Assembly (NCBI RefSeq): GCF_009914755.1
Contig: NC_060934.1
Direction: 5' to 3' (one strand)
DNA from: the human T2T-CHM13v2.0 reference genome, Homo sapiens
Length of the DNA stretch: 64,000 nucleotides
How positions within the stretch are numbered: the first letter of the stretch is position 1; every line of letters begins with the position of its first letter. The position numbers and the translations under genes were made by a program. The notes beneath the pieces were generated by a model. That model made no database searches and was not told the origin of the DNA. It was given only the letters and a program-made list of their open reading frames with translations. This document shows positions 59,301 to 64,000 of this stretch, one piece after another.

Positions 59301-60146
59301 ATAATTGAGAATCCCATAGAGAAGTGTTTTGGGACAGTTCATCCTAATGACAGACATAAAATAATGAAATGTCAAATGACAGACATAAAATATTGAAATG
59401 TGTGGCTGTCTCCTTACCACAGTTGATTCTAACCCAGTTGTTGAATTATTTGCCAAACCTCACCCAGTTCAGCAGGGCTATCACTATGATGCACCCTTGT
59501 ATGTCTCTGAGGATTTATAAGAGACCTAAATTTTTAAAAAAGAAAGAAACTGGTCCACTCTCCAACAGTTCACAAAAATCAATTTCAGATATAGATCAAA
59601 GACCCAGATATAAAAGGCAAAATTTCAAATCTTTCAAAATTAAATGGGGGAGACTCTCTTAATATCTTTAGATTAGAAACAATTATTTAAAAAGATGAAA
59701 AATGCACTACCTATATAGGACACATTTTCAAATCTAGCCATATTGAAATTGAGAATTTTTGTTAATCAAAAGTTACCTCAAAGGGAATGTTTTTAAAAGT
59801 CATGATATGAGATAAAATATTTGTAGCACATGTAACCAAAAAGTGACTAGAACTTGAGTACATAAATAACTCCTGTAAACAGTGATGTTGATGTACTGGA
59901 AAATGTTTAACAACTGACCCTCAGGTCCCAAAAGTCCTTATTTTTAGCATTTGCTTGTTTCCAGGATATAAACACTTCCATGTGGCCAATTACAAGCCAC
60001 TAATGTAAGGTCACCAAGTAGGGCCTTGGGGATAGATGGTTGCAGTTGGCTCTCACAAGGCAGGTATAAAGGCTGCAGCACAAAAGTCAACATGAAAAAC
60101 AAAACAACCCAATGGGAAAAGTGCAAAAGAAGGCTTTTATGAGTGC

Positions 60147-60551
60147 TGTCTTAGTTCGTTCGTTTGTGTTGCTGTGAAGAAATACTTGAGTGTGGGTGGT
60201 TTACAAGGAAAAGAGTTGTATTTGGCTCAGCGTTCTGCAGGCTGTGCAAGAAGCATGGAGCTGGCATTAGGCAAGGGCCTCACACTGCTTCCACTCATGG
60301 CAGAAGGGGAAGGGAGCCCATGTGTGGAGATCACTCGGCAAGAGAGGAAGGCGAGGAGGTGCCAGCCTCTCTCTAACAACCAGGAACGAATAGAGTAAGA
60401 ACTCACACTCCTTCCCCAGGGAGGGCAGTAAGGCATTCATGAGGGATCCGCCCCCATGATCCAAACACTTCCCATTAGGCCCCACCTCCAACACTGGGGA
60501 TCAAATTTCAACATGAAACTTGGAGGAAACAGACAATATCAAACTATACCA
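60147..60551 (-). mobile_element. MST-family LTR
   Basis: tgtcttagttcgtt...gatccaaacacttcccattaggccccacctccaacactgggg...caaactatacca. Confidence 0.85.
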
Positions 60552-61429
60552 GGGGCATAAAAGAGAAAACCTAAATGGACACTAAAAATACAAAAAGATG
60601 CTCAACCTAGTAACTGATGAGAGAAATGCAAATTAAAGTCACAATTAGATACATTTCACACCCTCCAGACTGACAGAAGTTAAAAAGTTTGTCAGTTTGG
60701 GGTTGGTGATTCGGAGATGTGGAAGCTCTCACCCATGGCTGAAGGAGCCTGTGCTAGTACAAACCACTGTGAGAAGCAGTTTGGCATTTCCTAAAAGAGG
60801 TGACTATGCCCACGTACGACCAGCACTTTCATTCCTGTAAATGTAAACATGCCCTAGGGAAACTCTTGCCCATACACCCCGCAGAACACACAGGGTTCGT
60901 GGGAGGACCATTAGCAATGGGAAAAAATGAAAACAACGCATGTGCCCATCAGCAACACAATAAATTATAGTCTCTATATATGATGGAATACAATTTCACA
61001 GTACTAAAAACTAATGAATTATGGCTACACGTATCAATATGGACAAATCCCAAGAACTTCATGGAGAGAGAGAGCATCACAAAAGAATACACGTAACATA
61101 ACTGCAATACTATAAAGTTCCTCATCTATGCTAATAAAGACAGGGGGGGTTATCAGCAAAGTCAGGTTGGTGGTTGGAGAGGGAGGCAGGAGAGCAAGGG
61201 GGTTATGATCTGAGCATAGGACAGGAAGGGAGAGGGGCTATTCCACGCGACAGGAAATAGTCCATTCTCAAACGGTGTGAGTGTGGAGATGCTCTCTAAA
61301 CTGTTGCTGCTGAGACATACGCTTGCATTGGATAGATTCTTCCACGTGTGTATTTCAAATTTGGCTTCATCAAAAGGCTTGTGGGGGAGTCACAGTGCAG
61401 TATATTAAGTGTGACAGCTGAGGAAAGCC

Positions 61430-61752
61430 CCAGCCGCAGAGGACAGAGAAAGGGGCGCATGTTGTCACCTGGCGGTGGGGTTGTTTCCGGAGAAGCGCCC
61501 AGGCTACAAACTGAGTTGTGAATCACGGAGGGACTTAGGTCCGGAAGGGGCAGCGCAGCGCCCTCCAGGCAGAGGAGAAGCCCCGCGGCCACCCTGCTGC
61601 GGTGCGGACTCCGCCTGTCCGGTTCCCTGTCACACCTGCTGCCTGCCCCCACCCTGCACACAGGTGCACACACACGGCGCGCATATCAGAGGCGGACGAA
61701 GAAGCCGCCAGAATTTAGCCAGTCTTCCTTCTTCATCTTCCCTCCTCCTAGT

Positions 61753-61808
<56 letters not shown>

Positions 61809-62080
61809 AATGGGCATCACTCTTTTCTCTGGTCGTGCCTCTATTTCAGCTTGTGATTTTCACGTTTCACAAGGGTCTTCGCGGCAGAACCTGGCCGTCC
61901 CAACAGCCTGCGGAGGTTTCGGGTTGGATCTCGCGTTCGCTCCACTGCTTGGCCTGCGCTTCAGCCTCTAGCGACCAAAGACACCCATGCCACCGTCGGC
62001 AGCTCCATGCTCGCGAACTTAGACTTCAGACCTCTGTTTCACTGCAGTAATTAAAGAGACCATGGTGGGGATAGGGCGGA
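61430..62080. promoter_or_regulatory. CpG island / candidate promoter containing a (CA)n tract
   Basis: Dense undecayed CpG in apparently non-repeat sequence; ccggaag (ETS-like), gcgcat (NRF1 half-site-like), tctcgcg/ctcgcga motifs. Confidence 0.65.
61756..61802 (+). repeat. (AC)n microsatellite
   Basis: About 23 units. Confidence 0.98.
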
Positions 62081-62514
62081 AAGTTATGTTCAATAAATAC
62101 CTTTTAAATGATTTAAATGTGTCCTTCCTTCTCCAGCGCACACACGTACTCCTGAACTGGACACCTGGCAAGGCCAAGGAAAAAGGAGAAACTCTTTTGT
62201 AAGGCGGGAAGGATGCACCCCCTTAGCTACAGACAGGCTTCTAGGTGGCTCGCCTTCTACTAGTAGAACAGGTAGGGTTGTCTGCTAAAGTGTGGGACCT
62301 GCTACGTTGAAGCCAATCTTCTCTGAGCAAGACTCAATTTATCTTTTTCTTAATTACAACACATGAATTTTAGGTCACCAAGTAACACCACCAGTCAAAG
62401 GGTTTCATTTTATCTTTATTGCCTATTTATTACAATTCAGAAGAAAAATGACCAACTGGAAAAAAAAATATGTAACACGTATTACAGACTGTCAAATTTA
62501 TTTCTTCTTCTTAT

Positions 62515-62715
<201 letters not shown>

Positions 62716-62739
62716 ATTTTTTTCTTTATATATATGAAG

Positions 62740-64000
62740 ACTTGGCAAAGGATATGGACAGACAGGTAATCCAGCTGGATCTTGAGCATATAACAAGATG
62801 CTCCACCACACTGGTAATTAGAAAACTATACTTTAAAACTACAAGATACTATTTTCCAGTCTCAGATTGGCCAAGTTCAAAAACGAGGAGAGTGGCTTGT
62901 GTCTGGGAGGCTGTGGGGGTCTGTGCTCTCACTCATTACTGACCGTGTGCCCCTAGGGAGATGGCATGGCAGGCAGTTTGCTAAGGCCTTCCAAAGGTAA
63001 CAGTGCACACACTTTTTAACCCAGCAATTCTGCTTATTTGTCCTACAGATTTGTTTGCATATGAAATGGCCTGCCAGTGAGGATGTGCACTGCAACGTGG
63101 TTTCACTAACAAATATGCAACCAATCTACATCTCTATAAATAAATGGGTGAAATAAATAGTGATGCATCCATAGAACCATGAGTAGCCAAGAAAAAAAAA
63201 GTCTTTATATGAACTAATATGCAGAGATCTCTAAGAAATATTATTAAAAGAAATGCAAGGTGCAGAACCATGGGTACATCTACCACTAATGTAAAACACT
63301 AAAAAGCACTGTGTAAGGATATAAAAGAGGCTGTTGATAGTGTTCTTTCCAGGGAAAGAAAATGGGGTGACTGTGGGAAAAAGGTTAGAGGAGACTTAAC
63401 TTTCACTTTCAAATTTTTTGCTGTGTTCAAACTTTGTCTATTCAAAAAAATTAACAAATAAAAATGCATTTAAAAAATTAGAGGCCAGTATTACCTACAG
63501 TTTCCAGCCTTCTGTGTAAAAGCAGATGTATTCACATTCTCCAGAGAAAGAGAACCACTAAGGTATCTATATTTCTATATCTATATCCATATCTCTATAT
63601 CTGTCTATATAGAGAGATTTATTATAAGGAATTAGAGGCTGAGAAATCCAGACCCCAGGGAGCAAATAGTGGTATGTGACATGCCTTCATCAACAGAATA
63701 TGCTGGAAGTAATGTTTTGAGGCTTAAAATTCCAATCTTTAGAGAATCGTTAGCCTCTGCTTCTCCTCTTCTAGAGTCCAGGCAAGGTAAGGTGTTAAAC
63801 TGTACTGAGACAGTCATGCTGTAAGGAAGCCCAAGTTATCCATATGGAAAGAGAGACCACATAAGGGAGCATTGAGGTGCTAGACTTGTGAATGGAGCCT
63901 TCTTGGACCCTCTAACCTAGCTGAACTCCATATATGCAGTCCATGCCATGAGGAGGAGCAGAAGAGCTGCCCAGCCAAGCCCTGCCCAAACTCTCAACCC
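62740..64000. mobile_element. L1ME 3' fragments followed by MLT-type LTR fragments
   Basis: aaaactacaagatactatttt; atttattataaggaatt; gaagagctgcccagccaagccctgcccaaac. Confidence 0.5.

Noticed and set aside
61475-62050. 191-aa ORF
   Set aside because: Open because of GC richness and the CA repeat (HTHT); non-ATG start and no domain.

Overview
Primate (very likely human) intergenic DNA made mostly of retro- and DNA-transposon remnants (Alu, L1PA/L1PB/L1M, MaLR/ERV LTRs, L2, MIR, Tigger). I found no supportable conventional protein-coding gene; nearly all listed ORFs are repeat-derived. The main landmark is a ~2.2 kb minus-strand NUMT (most of mt-16S rRNA, tRNA-Leu(UUR), 5' ~60% of ND1) inside an old L1. 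It carries an intact 24-aa humanin-like ORF (MATGGFGCLLLLIREIDLSVKRQI) that I recall as MTRNR2L7, which would place the window at 10p11.21. The most unusual signal is a 356-bp insertion at 33761-34116, flanked by a perfect 15-bp TSD at an L1-endonuclease-like site. It is an inverted copy of the AluY at 48027 plus 147 bp of its 3' flank (147/147 identical), i.e. an Alu 3' transduction or locally templated insertion with its source 14 kb away. Also present: templated repeats at both NUMT junctions, a hairpin-ended mini retro-insertion of unknown origin, tailless Alu fragments, a truncated LTR12 at a GC shift, and a CpG island near the right end. Repeat subfamily calls were made by eye and most repeat boundaries are approximate.
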